Part shown: piece by piece, positions 8,601 through 15,943 of the stretch
How the letters are laid out: every line of letters starts with the position of its first letter
Position numbering within the stretch: the first letter of the stretch is position 1
IMG/VR virus record: IMGVR_UViG_3300044701_000673
Coordinates: 1-56,488 of that record
DNA: 56,488 nt
Reading direction: 5' to 3' (one strand)
DNA from: a virus
Taxonomy: Duplodnaviria; Caudoviricetes
Made by a program: the position numbers and the translations under genes
The notes under the pieces: model-generated
Told to the model about the DNA's origin: nothing
Databases searched by the model: none
What the model saw: only the letters and a program-made list of their open reading frames with translations

Positions 8601-10184
8601 GCTGTCGAACGGGGAGCGCGTGATCGGGTTGCTATACATCACCGGCACTGGGCCGGGCTGATTAAGCCGATCCAAGACATCACGGCCAACGGCGCGCATT
8701 GTATCGCCAGCCGCCTGCGTCGTGGGCGATGCCCCGAGCAGGCTCTCCATCACCGCAGTCGCAGCTGGCGCGCCGACACGCTTGGCAATGGCTGCGGGGC
8801 CAGCAACGCCAGCAACGCCCGAGAGCATGTTGCCCAGTGCAGCAAGGCGATCATAGCCGCCCGCATCGGGGTCCATCAGATCGCGGCCCGCACGCATCGC
8901 GCCGCCGATCGCTTCGACTGGGTTGAAGGTCTGATTGATCAGCGCCAAGCGCTCGGGAATACCGACGCCGAGGTCCAGCATGCCGGGCCTCTGAGGTGCC
9001 ACCCGAGCGCGCGGCACGCCGCCCTGCCCCGCGAGGTCTTCTTCGTACAGACCCTGCATCTGCTGCGCCAACTGGCGCGCCATGTAGGCCTCCTCGTCTT
9101 CCTCGACAACGCCGCCCGGAGCATACTTCTGGGTCAACTCGGCAAGGCCGCCCTCGGCAAAGCCCTGAGCCATGTTGAGGATGTCGTAGCCCTCGCTGAT
9201 GCGGTCAAAGCCGCTGCCCCGATACTTCGGGTCATCAATGCGCCAGCGGATGAAGTTCTTGCCCAAGATGTCGTGGGCCGCGTCGGGGTCGATGTTGGGG
9301 TTGCCCAAGAACGTCTCGCGGGTTCTGGCGTAGCTGGGGTCGTTCTCCATCTCATCGCGCAGATACATTGCCTGCGCGTTGAGAGCCTCCTGACCGGGAA
9401 CGATGCGGCCCGCCGGGTCGATCAGCCCGCGATCAGCCATGAACGACATCAGGCGGTCGGCCCGGTCGCCCTGCCAGCTCAGCATGCCGACATTGGTCGC
9501 CTTGTTGGCTGCGTCGGTGTGCGAGCCGTACAGATACGCCGGATTGAAGCTGCCCTCGCGGTTGATCTCAGCCGTCAGCGCCTTGGCCTGAGCGTCCGAG
9601 AACCCGGCAGCCTTGAAGGAATCAAACACCATCTTGGCCGTCTTGGATCGATCGGGATTGGCATTGCCTCCCGCCTCGACGCGGGCAGCATGCGGCCTCG
9701 GCTCATCGGCGTAGGCCTCGTAAAGATCCTCCAAGCTTCCGGCTGCACCGCTGCGGCCCAGAGCGCGCACGGGGTCGAACTCCTGCGTGCCCGCATCTGC
9801 GGCCTTGCTCTGCAAAGTACGGATCAAATCCTGAAACGATTCCAGCAGCGAGAAGTCGGGCTTCTTGATGCCCTCGTACTTCTCGTCAAGTTCCTCAAGC
9901 CCCACAGCGCCCCCCGTCTTCCACTTAACTTTGTCCGCCCAGTAGGCCGGGCTCGACTTGCCCTTGGCGATGTTCTTTGCGTGGCGAGCCTTGAACGAGG
10001 CGCGCTTTTGCTTCATGGCGTCCGACTCGCCCTCCTTGGGCTTGCCTGCCGTGCTGGCACCCTGCTCACCAAAGCGGATGATTTTTTCCTTGCCATCAAC
10101 GCGCGTCTTGACCACGTGCGACTTGGTCGGGTGGTCGGGCGTGCGGCGCGGCTTGTCGAGCGGCAGGCTGTCTTTGTCGATCAT
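5625..10184 (-). CDS. Large polyvalent protein: basic DUF6321-like N-domain, lysozyme-like, GNAT-like and ADP-ribosyltransferase (ART-PolyVal)-like modules
   Basis: KRASFKARH..SPAYWA; FSDAQAKALTAEINREGSFNP..GMLSWQGDR; TVLDAF..FLPQYYKKFGFEEV; YHWS..FSEFD..GPHVGT..GYTSIPYMN..RSRFAKFDP; internal 75-aa duplication. Confidence 0.7.
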   Translation of the reverse strand: MIDKDSLPLDKPRRTPDHPTKSHVVKTRVDGKEKIIRFGEQGASTAGKPKEGESDAMKQKRASFKARHAKNIAKGKSSPAYWADKVKWKTGGAVGLEELDEKYEGIKKPDFSLLESFQDLIRTLQSKAADAGTQEFDPVRALGRSGAAGSLEDLYEAYADEPRPHAARVEAGGNANPDRSKTAKMVFDSFKAAGFSDAQAKALTAEINREGSFNPAYLYGSHTDAANKATNVGMLSWQGDRADRLMSFMADRGLIDPAGRIVPGQEALNAQAMYLRDEMENDPSYARTRETFLGNPNIDPDAAHDILGKNFIRWRIDDPKYRGSGFDRISEGYDILNMAQGFAEGGLAELTQKYAPGGVVEEDEEAYMARQLAQQMQGLYEEDLAGQGGVPRARVAPQRPGMLDLGVGIPERLALINQTFNPVEAIGGAMRAGRDLMDPDAGGYDRLAALGNMLSGVAGVAGPAAIAKRVGAPAATAVMESLLGASPTTQAAGDTMRAVGRDVLDRLNQPGPVPVMYSNPITRSPFDSARADQEAPLAPIPRITPKDILDARIIPTVADLTRTGGYYTGIDASKIDVPEPMMGGPGYPLLKSSQDAGLAWAVQGKHVGSKKAGSGADLIAVTAMNPTSHQSNISFINSLIKTTEAYARDQRLPRDVLQELDTRVRMSAAGGDPALSRLERFPGFESPNIQEFINNASFQERSRIADIIGSKGMQEQGLPNINRLLQETVDPRYAGANPRDTLLFIEPDFSAPPVDLLAEGLPVHPSYRYGIRGRVFGALDQNISTFEMFPDFWGEKNIRAFGPEFNKGGRRAFDLQLPIQEVTGKQVEDLERLLQTRSNQYPVESAMRLSPIDTRIITNSLLNKWKPTTKAVNAGGASPQAFVDAINNNKYKPALTNYTADDIKRGAKTGDLTVYQLGDDDVFFGVDAKPDYSWAGVEMMPDDKALVGVVSNAPGSKGTAAPSVMAKAIEDGVTVLDAFAVPSKRFPDGFLPQYYKKFGFEEVGRVPFDRDMYIADHGEQAFKDLLAAWKSDGWDESMGMPPVIVMRWSGSNADRTATAAGIRGAGAPSHRAAPEGIIPEAEGSVGRGGERLVSPEAPGVGRGASGGTGAGDGLRLAPGTGEPAKGLLGLTPQQLRNRGIPEADIQEIMKLRASSLDDLDQKYAEGGAVNSDDELQRAILLRDLDMMAQERSPNAVPAQDPSLMNVGGIGDRLALVNKYLNPVEAIGGAMRAGSRLTSADASGYDRLAALGDMLSGVAGVAGPAAVAKRVGTPAAAAVMEGLTGGAPAANAAPFGKDWSDVYHWSRSPDDFSEFDLNQSKSAMSQLGPHVGTPQAAEARYMGFAKPEGVPPALGFTLPMKADLSKPFLNPVTGKPWTEMDLEMFISAVSDANNMDRRLAAPFMRERLAKEGYTSIPYMNDVEDAGSVSHIMLADRPTGSDAVLRSRFAKFDPAMRASKNISAGAAVGAAGLGASQYDPDAIETRASKAGKNEFAAGGAVKYDPSAVNRIINQLREVNRG

Positions 10185-10348
10185 TTCTTCCTCGCAGCTC
10201 GCATGTTGTCGACGAGGTTCGGATAGGGGCGGCCCGCAGCCTCGGCCATGCGCTTGGCGCTGTCTTTCTTCTTATCCGAGAGGGGCTTGCTCTCGCCGAG
10301 ATCCTTGGGGCGCTTCTTGTCCCAGACGGGCTTAGGTTTAGACGGCAT
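10181..10348 (-). CDS. Small basic protein
   Basis: 55 aa, K/R-rich, AGRPYPNLVDNM; coupled to terminase and to the large gene. Confidence 0.7.
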   Translation of the reverse strand: MPSKPKPVWDKKRPKDLGESKPLSDKKKDSAKRMAEAAGRPYPNLVDNMRAARKK

Positions 10349-11909
10349 AAGGATTTCCCTTCTCGCGCTTGTATTGCTTGGGCTCGTCCCGGTCACGAGC
10401 TTGCGGCAGTTCGAACCATCCGTCGTTCTTCAGGTAGATGATCGCCTGAGTGAACGTGTCCACATAATCGTCATGGTCGGCCACCGGGAATTTGCTCAGT
10501 TGCTTCATGAAAGGCTGCGCCCAACTCACAGCCTGCCCACGGTTCTTCCCGCTCTCCGGCACCCACAACAAACCCAGCTCCAAGGTCGGCGCGGCTTGAT
10601 GCGCGCGGCTGACCTTGTCCGCCATGCCCGGATTATACCCGACCGCAGGCACTTTCGCTAGGCGCAAATCTTGCAGCAGGGACTGCCCGCTGGCCTTGGC
10701 TTCGACCAAGATGCGATCGGGCCTGCGTGCGCGCCTGATGCCGTCCTTGACGCTGGTGCCGCCGTACTCTGTGCCCCAGTCCTTGATCGCCCGGTTGCGC
10801 AGGTCAGGGTAAGACAGATGCTCATCCCACGCATCTATGAGCATGGCGTTGCGCTCGTTGTTGTGCGTGAAGATCGCCCAGACCGAGCAGGCTGTGGGGT
10901 CGCCCGTGGTCTTCTCGGTGAAGGCGCAGTCGTAGGACTGCAGGATGTATTCGAACTGCGGCAGCGCCTTGTCAGACGGCCAGAGCTCAAAGTAGTCCGT
11001 CTTGAGGATGCCGCCGCCGGTCGGGGTCGGATCTTGCTGCAGCTGGCCAGCCGTGCCGTACTCGCCGAGGAGCTGCTTGAGGGTGGTGATCTCTTTCTCG
11101 CCGAAGCGCTCCGGGCAGATCAGCTCGCCGATCTTCTTGCGTGGATCGTACGGGCCGAGGATGGTCCGCCGAGCCGCGCCGTCCCATTCAGCCGGAATGC
11201 AGATGTGTTCCCACCCGCCGATGTCTTCGAGGATGTGGCCGCTGATGTCCTTCTCATGCAGGCGCTGCATGACAGTGACCATGGCGTCGGTCTTCGGGTT
11301 GTTCAGTCGGGTCGACCACACCTGATCGAACCACTCCAGCGCCGACTCTCGCATGGCCTCTGACTGGGCATCCTGCGCGCCATGCGGGTCGTCAAGGATC
11401 AGGCGCGAGCCGCCTTCACCCGTTGCCGTGCCGCCGACCGAGGTGGCGATGCGGTAGCCTGTCTGATCGTTCTCGAAGCGCTGCTTGGCGTTCTGGTCGC
11501 CTGCCAGCCTGAACATGTGGCCCCAGCGCTCCTGATACCACGGCGACTGCACAAGGCGCCGAGCCTTCAAGTTGTCGCGGATCGACAGGTTGCCCGAGTA
11601 GGACGCGCAAAGGAACTTCTGTGCCGGATCGGTGAGCCACTCCCACATGGGCCACATGACGCTGACGATGGTTGACTTGGAGTGACGGGGCGGGATGTTG
11701 ACCAGCAGGCGGTGGATCTCGCCTGCGCTGACAGCCTCAAGATGCTCGCAGATCGCCTCGATGTGCCACGAGGGAATGAACGGGACGCCGGGCTCAACCA
11801 CATGCCACGCTTGGCGAACGAACTCGTAAAGCGATGCTGACGCCGCCCTGCGCTCCTGCTCCTTGCGGATGAGGTCCAGCATGACCTCGGGGCTGAGCTG
11901 AGCGTTCAT
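10338..11909 (-). CDS. terL: Terminase large subunit
   Basis: NIPPRHSKST Walker A, LILDDPH Walker B, MQRLHE, QQDP, SYDCA, VEAKASG, HDDYVD nuclease motifs. Confidence 0.96.
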   Translation of the reverse strand: MNAQLSPEVMLDLIRKEQERRAASASLYEFVRQAWHVVEPGVPFIPSWHIEAICEHLEAVSAGEIHRLLVNIPPRHSKSTIVSVMWPMWEWLTDPAQKFLCASYSGNLSIRDNLKARRLVQSPWYQERWGHMFRLAGDQNAKQRFENDQTGYRIATSVGGTATGEGGSRLILDDPHGAQDAQSEAMRESALEWFDQVWSTRLNNPKTDAMVTVMQRLHEKDISGHILEDIGGWEHICIPAEWDGAARRTILGPYDPRKKIGELICPERFGEKEITTLKQLLGEYGTAGQLQQDPTPTGGGILKTDYFELWPSDKALPQFEYILQSYDCAFTEKTTGDPTACSVWAIFTHNNERNAMLIDAWDEHLSYPDLRNRAIKDWGTEYGGTSVKDGIRRARRPDRILVEAKASGQSLLQDLRLAKVPAVGYNPGMADKVSRAHQAAPTLELGLLWVPESGKNRGQAVSWAQPFMKQLSKFPVADHDDYVDTFTQAIIYLKNDGWFELPQARDRDEPKQYKREKGNPYAV

Positions 11910-12343
11910 TGCTCTTTGGGTTGGGCCTGAGCTTTAGCCATGAGTTTGGCCATAGCCGCAAGTTCGGTGTCGGTGAGGTTCTTGAGGTTCAAGGCCTGCG
12001 GCGTCATGGAGCCGTCGGAGGAGGTGAGGTCAACGTCCTGCTTCTCGCGCCAATCGCTCGGGAAGCGGTTTTTCATGTTGAAGATGTAGCTGGTCGCATT
12101 GAAACCGGGAACTGAGCCGAAGGTTGCCAGCTTGCCCTGACGCTCCCACCAGACCTGCGCGCGCTGCAGTCCGCGCTTTACGGCGCTGAAAAATTCAGGA
12201 TGTTCGTCCATCCAGTTTGTAATTGTTGCCCTATCAACATCACATGCTTCGGCCATTCCTGCGAGGGTTTCACCTTCTTCGCCTGCGGCTATGACGATGT
12301 CGCACATCGAGGGGTCGTATTTCGTAGGCCGTCCGGCTGGCAT
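11906..12343 (-). CDS. terS: Terminase small subunit
   Basis: GRPTKY N-terminus, HTH (VDRATITNW..HPEF), IFNMKNRF..WRE; directly upstream of terL. Confidence 0.85.
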   Translation of the reverse strand: MPAGRPTKYDPSMCDIVIAAGEEGETLAGMAEACDVDRATITNWMDEHPEFFSAVKRGLQRAQVWWERQGKLATFGSVPGFNATSYIFNMKNRFPSDWREKQDVDLTSSDGSMTPQALNLKNLTDTELAAMAKLMAKAQAQPKEQ

Positions 12344-12362
12344 GCTTCCCTCGCTCTGTCGT

Positions 12363-12551
12363 TCACGGTGCGGATTGGTTGGCGGCCATTATACGCTCAG
12401 TGCTGACGAAAAGGAAGCCCGAGCGTTTTGATCCTAAAATACGTTTTGCTTCTTGCCTCGTCACGCCCAACTTGCGGGCTGCGTCTGAAACGCTGACGTA
12501 TTTGCCGATCGGTCGCGGCTTGCTGCCGTTGGGATGATACGGGCTGGTCAT
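12363..12551 (-). CDS. Small HTH DNA-binding protein
   Basis: YVSVSDAARKLGVTR helix-turn-helix pattern. Confidence 0.55.
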   Translation of the reverse strand: MTSPYHPNGSKPRPIGKYVSVSDAARKLGVTRQEAKRILGSKRSGFLFVSTERIMAANQSAP

Positions 12552-13066
12552 CCTGTTTTTCTGAACCTAATCGCCATCAGGATGATTGCCGCAACAACTG
12601 TCATCCACAGTTTCCCCGCAATCTGGCCGGCGATGAAGTCAAAAGATCCAAAAGCCAGCCACAAGAACACGGCGCTATCTATCGCCGCTCCCACCACGCC
12701 TGATGCGATAACAGCCAGAACCAGACGCTTGCGATGGAGGGGAGCATATACGGCGAGGTCAGCCAACTCTGAGAGAAGAAACGCGGCAACCGATGCCACG
12801 ACAAGCGCAGGCGGTGAGAACTGGAAAGACAGGACGGCACCGAACAAGATGGCGGCGATTGCCCATTGCCATCCCAGCAGGCGATGCACGGCATCACGCA
12901 GGACTAAGGCCGCGCCAATCATCAGCACGCCAGAAGGGGCCATGAGGCCAAACCCTACTGGAATCAGGCAAGGTCCGTCTGGGATGCACTGGCCGACGTT
13001 GCCAATCATCCAGTTTGCTGTTGGTATTGTTGCTGCATATGCAGCCAAAGCGATGTATCCGTTCAT
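12548..13066 (-). CDS. yhhQ: VUT/YhhQ-family queuosine-precursor (preQ0/preQ1) transporter
   Basis: Multi-TM protein; LRDAVH, ASVAAFLLSELAD..VY and IDSAVFLWLAF motifs; start overlaps the DpdA-like stop. Confidence 0.8.
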   Translation of the reverse strand: MNGYIALAAYAATIPTANWMIGNVGQCIPDGPCLIPVGFGLMAPSGVLMIGAALVLRDAVHRLLGWQWAIAAILFGAVLSFQFSPPALVVASVAAFLLSELADLAVYAPLHRKRLVLAVIASGVVGAAIDSAVFLWLAFGSFDFIAGQIAGKLWMTVVAAIILMAIRFRKTG

Positions 13067-13743
13067 ACATGGAGATCCATTTGTTGAGGGCGAGTTTCCC
13101 AGCGCGCTGGGCATTGTGCGCCATCCCAGCGGTCAGCCATCTTGCGAGGTGTCTGATGCGGGAGATGGTGGTTTCGTGCGAGGTCGGTACTGTCCACTGA
13201 GCCGAATGGGTATTGCTTTCCAGATAACTGCATTCCGCGAAGCATGTGAAGCCACGGCATGCGTTTGTGGCGCGAGGCAAGTTCATTGAAGGCTTCATCC
13301 ATGCGGCGACACCAAGCGTCAGACAGCACGATTGCATATTCTGCTGTTGATCCCACGCAGACGCGAGGCCACTCGTCACAGAGTTGAAGGAGCCGATAGA
13401 TTGGCTCGTCCATATGCCAAACGGGCGCGCCCTTATGGCCATGAGGCCACTCCCGCAAAAGCGCATCTTGTTCCTGAGTTCCGGCGTCAATGACATCAGG
13501 GATCACGGCCCATGTGGTTGGGTAGTCAAGCCATTGATCGCACCACTGATAATACCCGTTCCAATTGGTCTGCTTTCCAGATTTCCAAGCTGAGAACGCG
13601 CCGTTATCCAACATCACAGACTGACCGATCATGTGAACCCGTGCGACATCCTGCGGCGCTGCATGTGAGACGCAGAAGCATCTGCCAGCAAGTTCCATTA
13701 TGGCTGAGATTGGCGTTATTGGCGTGCCGTGATAATGAATCAT
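13063..13743 (-). CDS. dpdA: DpdA-like (TGT-fold) deazaguanine DNA transglycosylase
   Basis: MIHYHGTP, LDNGAFSAW, IPDVI, PVWH, LHMLRG and SVDST motifs; coupled to a YhhQ-like gene. Confidence 0.72.
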   Translation of the reverse strand: MIHYHGTPITPISAIMELAGRCFCVSHAAPQDVARVHMIGQSVMLDNGAFSAWKSGKQTNWNGYYQWCDQWLDYPTTWAVIPDVIDAGTQEQDALLREWPHGHKGAPVWHMDEPIYRLLQLCDEWPRVCVGSTAEYAIVLSDAWCRRMDEAFNELASRHKRMPWLHMLRGMQLSGKQYPFGSVDSTDLARNHHLPHQTPRKMADRWDGAQCPARWETRPQQMDLHV

Positions 13744-13961
13744 CTCTTCACCGCGATGTATTCGAAGAGGCCGAAACCTGCCCGCCTGCAAAACAGGAAA
13801 CACAGCTTTTCAGATTCCGCTTTGGCAGCCGCGTAGCGATGCAGGCCGCCGCAGCACTGTCCGACATGGTAAACGATGCGGTCACCCTTCTGCGCCTCTC
13901 CCAGCGCGCGGTAGAGGGCATCCTGCTTGGTGTCGCCGGTGATGTATATCGTGTTGCTCAT
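13740..13961 (-). CDS. Hypothetical protein
   Basis: 73 aa, 4-bp overlaps on both sides. Confidence 0.65.
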   Translation of the reverse strand: MSNTIYITGDTKQDALYRALGEAQKGDRIVYHVGQCCGGLHRYAAAKAESEKLCFLFCRRAGFGLFEYIAVKR

Positions 13962-14542
13962 TCAATCACCCCGTCGCTGAGAAAGTCGATGTCATCTTCC
14001 AGATCGGCCTTCGGTCGGCGGACAGCTTTGACCTCGGCTCCGGGGAAGGCCAGCTTCACCGCGTTGACCAGCCCGTTGCGATGCTCATGCAATGCGACAG
14101 CAACTTCCCTCATGCTGTGGATCGCGATGCCGGGTCGCTTGGCGTAAGCTGCTGGCCACTCCCTGCCGTCTTCGATGATGCCGTAGACGGTGCCCTCGTA
14201 CTCATGCTCCCAGATCATCGGGTCGGAGATCGGCCTGCCCAGAGCGACCGCCTCGGCATCCATAGCGTTCAACCCACGGATGCATATCTCGACCCAGAAC
14301 TTTGTCTTGTCGGCGTCCTGCGCGTCAATGGCTGCATTCAGTCCAGCCATCGCCTTTCCCCACCTCGCCGCGCTGTCGGGCGACACCAGCTCGGGCAGTC
14401 GGTCGATGCCCCAGCGTTTGTCCATCTCATTCGACGCCCCGTCGAGTGGAGCCAGCGCGCTGTCGCATTTAATTTCAGCCGCCGTCGCCTGCTTGAACAG
14501 AACCCGGTCATCTTTCTTCTGGCGTTTCGGTCTCTGAGCCAT
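13958..14542 (-). CDS. Hypothetical protein
   Basis: GAGGA RBS before ATG 14542, coupled to the downstream gene. Confidence 0.7.
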   Translation of the reverse strand: MAQRPKRQKKDDRVLFKQATAAEIKCDSALAPLDGASNEMDKRWGIDRLPELVSPDSAARWGKAMAGLNAAIDAQDADKTKFWVEICIRGLNAMDAEAVALGRPISDPMIWEHEYEGTVYGIIEDGREWPAAYAKRPGIAIHSMREVAVALHEHRNGLVNAVKLAFPGAEVKAVRRPKADLEDDIDFLSDGVIE

Positions 14543-14577
14543 CGTGCCTGTCCTCGTTGCCTGTCTCATCAGTTAAC

Positions 14578-14720
14578 CTTCCTCACCTTTTCCTCACCTC
14601 AGGTCACAAAACCATCCACCTCCTCACCCCTACACCCCCTTTAGGGGGTGGGGGTGAGGAGGAAGGATGTTTTCCTCACCTTTCCTCACCTTTTCCTCAC
14701 CTTTGGCTTCAAGGTGAGGT
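14578..14720. repeat. Putative replication origin: TCCTCACC iterons around a GC-rich palindrome
   Basis: TCCTCACC at 14580, 14591, 14621, 14673, 14683 and 14694, with inverted copies at 14653 and 14713; palindrome 14619-14662 centred on 14641-14642; intergenic. Confidence 0.6.
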
Positions 14721-14730
14721 GACATTTTTA

Positions 14731-15360
14731 TCACAGTTCACCCTGCATTTCCTCGTCGCAGTCACCACAAATGATCCTTGTTCCGACCTTCGCCCACGCC
14801 TTTGCGCCGCAGCATGAGCATGTGAATTTGACCTTGGAAAGGTCTTTCTTCTTCTCGGCTGCGGGGCGCGGCTGGGTGAAGTAGGGCAGCGAGAATCCAT
14901 CGGCAATGAGCTTGTGCATGGACGTCTCGAAGGCACCGCCAGCCTCAACGTAATGGGTCATCTGGCGGCCCGTCTGCTTGCCTCCCGGCTCGCCCGTGTT
15001 GCTGGGGATGAGGCCCACCCGCTCCATAAGCTTTACCCACTCCCGGTTGTGGTTGCCCTTGCTTCCGGGGGTGCCGTATTCCTGCTGCTCAAGGTGCGTC
15101 ATCTCGTGAACGAGGGTCGACAGGACGGCGTCCAGAGTGCGGTCCATGGTGTCGGGATTGAGGGCGATCTCGTGGGTGGGATCGCTGTCTTCGCGGTGCT
15201 TGAACTGCTCGGCCCAGAAGTAGCCGTGTGCCTTGCGCTTGCGGGTCAGGGTGAAGAGAACAGACGGCAGGCGGTGGTCGAACAGTTCCTTGTTGAAGTG
15301 GTTGAAGGCCTTGTCGAGGTTCTCGTAGGTCTCGGCGGTGGGGGTCTGGTAGTTGGTCAT
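14731..15360 (-). CDS. SprT-like zinc metalloprotease with C-terminal Zn ribbon
   Basis: FNKELF..LP, EIALNP, TLVHEMTH (HExxH), H..EW..LMERVG, CSCCG..CGDC. Confidence 0.85.
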   Translation of the reverse strand: MTNYQTPTAETYENLDKAFNHFNKELFDHRLPSVLFTLTRKRKAHGYFWAEQFKHREDSDPTHEIALNPDTMDRTLDAVLSTLVHEMTHLEQQEYGTPGSKGNHNREWVKLMERVGLIPSNTGEPGGKQTGRQMTHYVEAGGAFETSMHKLIADGFSLPYFTQPRPAAEKKKDLSKVKFTCSCCGAKAWAKVGTRIICGDCDEEMQGEL

Positions 15361-15542
15361 CACAGCTTCTCCCATGCTGATTTATGTTTCCCGCCCTGCC
15401 AGCCGTGGCCAGATGACGTATCGCTCATGCGCACGGTGGCCCAGCCATGCTCGTTCCACTCGGTCAGGCGCTCGTAGGTGGCGACGCCGGGGTGACCCCA
15501 GCTATCGCGCGTTTCGGTGGTTTTGGTTTCAATGACGGTCAT
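15360..15542 (-). CDS. Small hypothetical protein
   Basis: AAGGAG RBS before ATG 15542; TGATG coupling to the SprT-like gene. Confidence 0.6.
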   Translation of the reverse strand: MTVIETKTTETRDSWGHPGVATYERLTEWNEHGWATVRMSDTSSGHGWQGGKHKSAWEKL

Positions 15543-15631
15543 GGTGGTTGCTCCTTGTTGCTGTGTTGGCCTTCGGGATGCCAGCCCCGCAGGGCTGGTC
15601 ACCGGAAGGTCATGCGCCTACTCTCAACTGG

Positions 15632-15847
15632 TTAAGACACAAAATCGCAGCTTTGAGATTTTACTCCGCCCTTTGGCCCGATTGTGACGGTGTAGCAGCG
15701 GCGCTTGATAAAAACTTCTACCGTGGCCAAACCGTCGATGTCACTGCTCCGGGCCTGAACGTGATCTGCAATGCGAAGCTCTGCGGCCAAAACACGGCGG
15801 GCTGCGTAGATTTGGTTGTGGGTCAAGTTGTCTGTCCAGAAGGTCAT
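15632..15847 (-). CDS. Small early hypothetical protein
   Basis: ATG follows the leader sequence shared with the 20978 gene. Confidence 0.65.
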   Translation of the reverse strand: MTFWTDNLTHNQIYAARRVLAAELRIADHVQARSSDIDGLATVEVFIKRRCYTVTIGPKGGVKSQSCDFVS

Positions 15848-15910
15848 CTTGTTCGTTTCCTTGTTTGCTAGTTCGTATGACCACCATACAGCCTGCTCAG
15901 TACGATGCAA
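15842..15910 (-). promoter_or_regulatory. Early promoter plus leader cassette, copy A
   Basis: TTGCAT-16-TATGGT-6-ACGAACTAGCAAACAAGGA..GAACAAGATGACC. Confidence 0.7.
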
Positions 15911-15943
15911 CAAGAAAGTTGACGTTTGCGAAATTATTTTCGC

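Noticed and set aside
8586-10226. Long + strand ORFs opposite real genes (also 1368-2564, 2990-4087, 4157-5314, 30971-32101, 44063-45280)
   Set aside because: Antisense shadows of GC-rich coding sequence with no motifs or RBS
14578-14720. CRISPR-like array
   Set aside because: Repeats are 8 bp with no regular unique spacers and there are no cas genes
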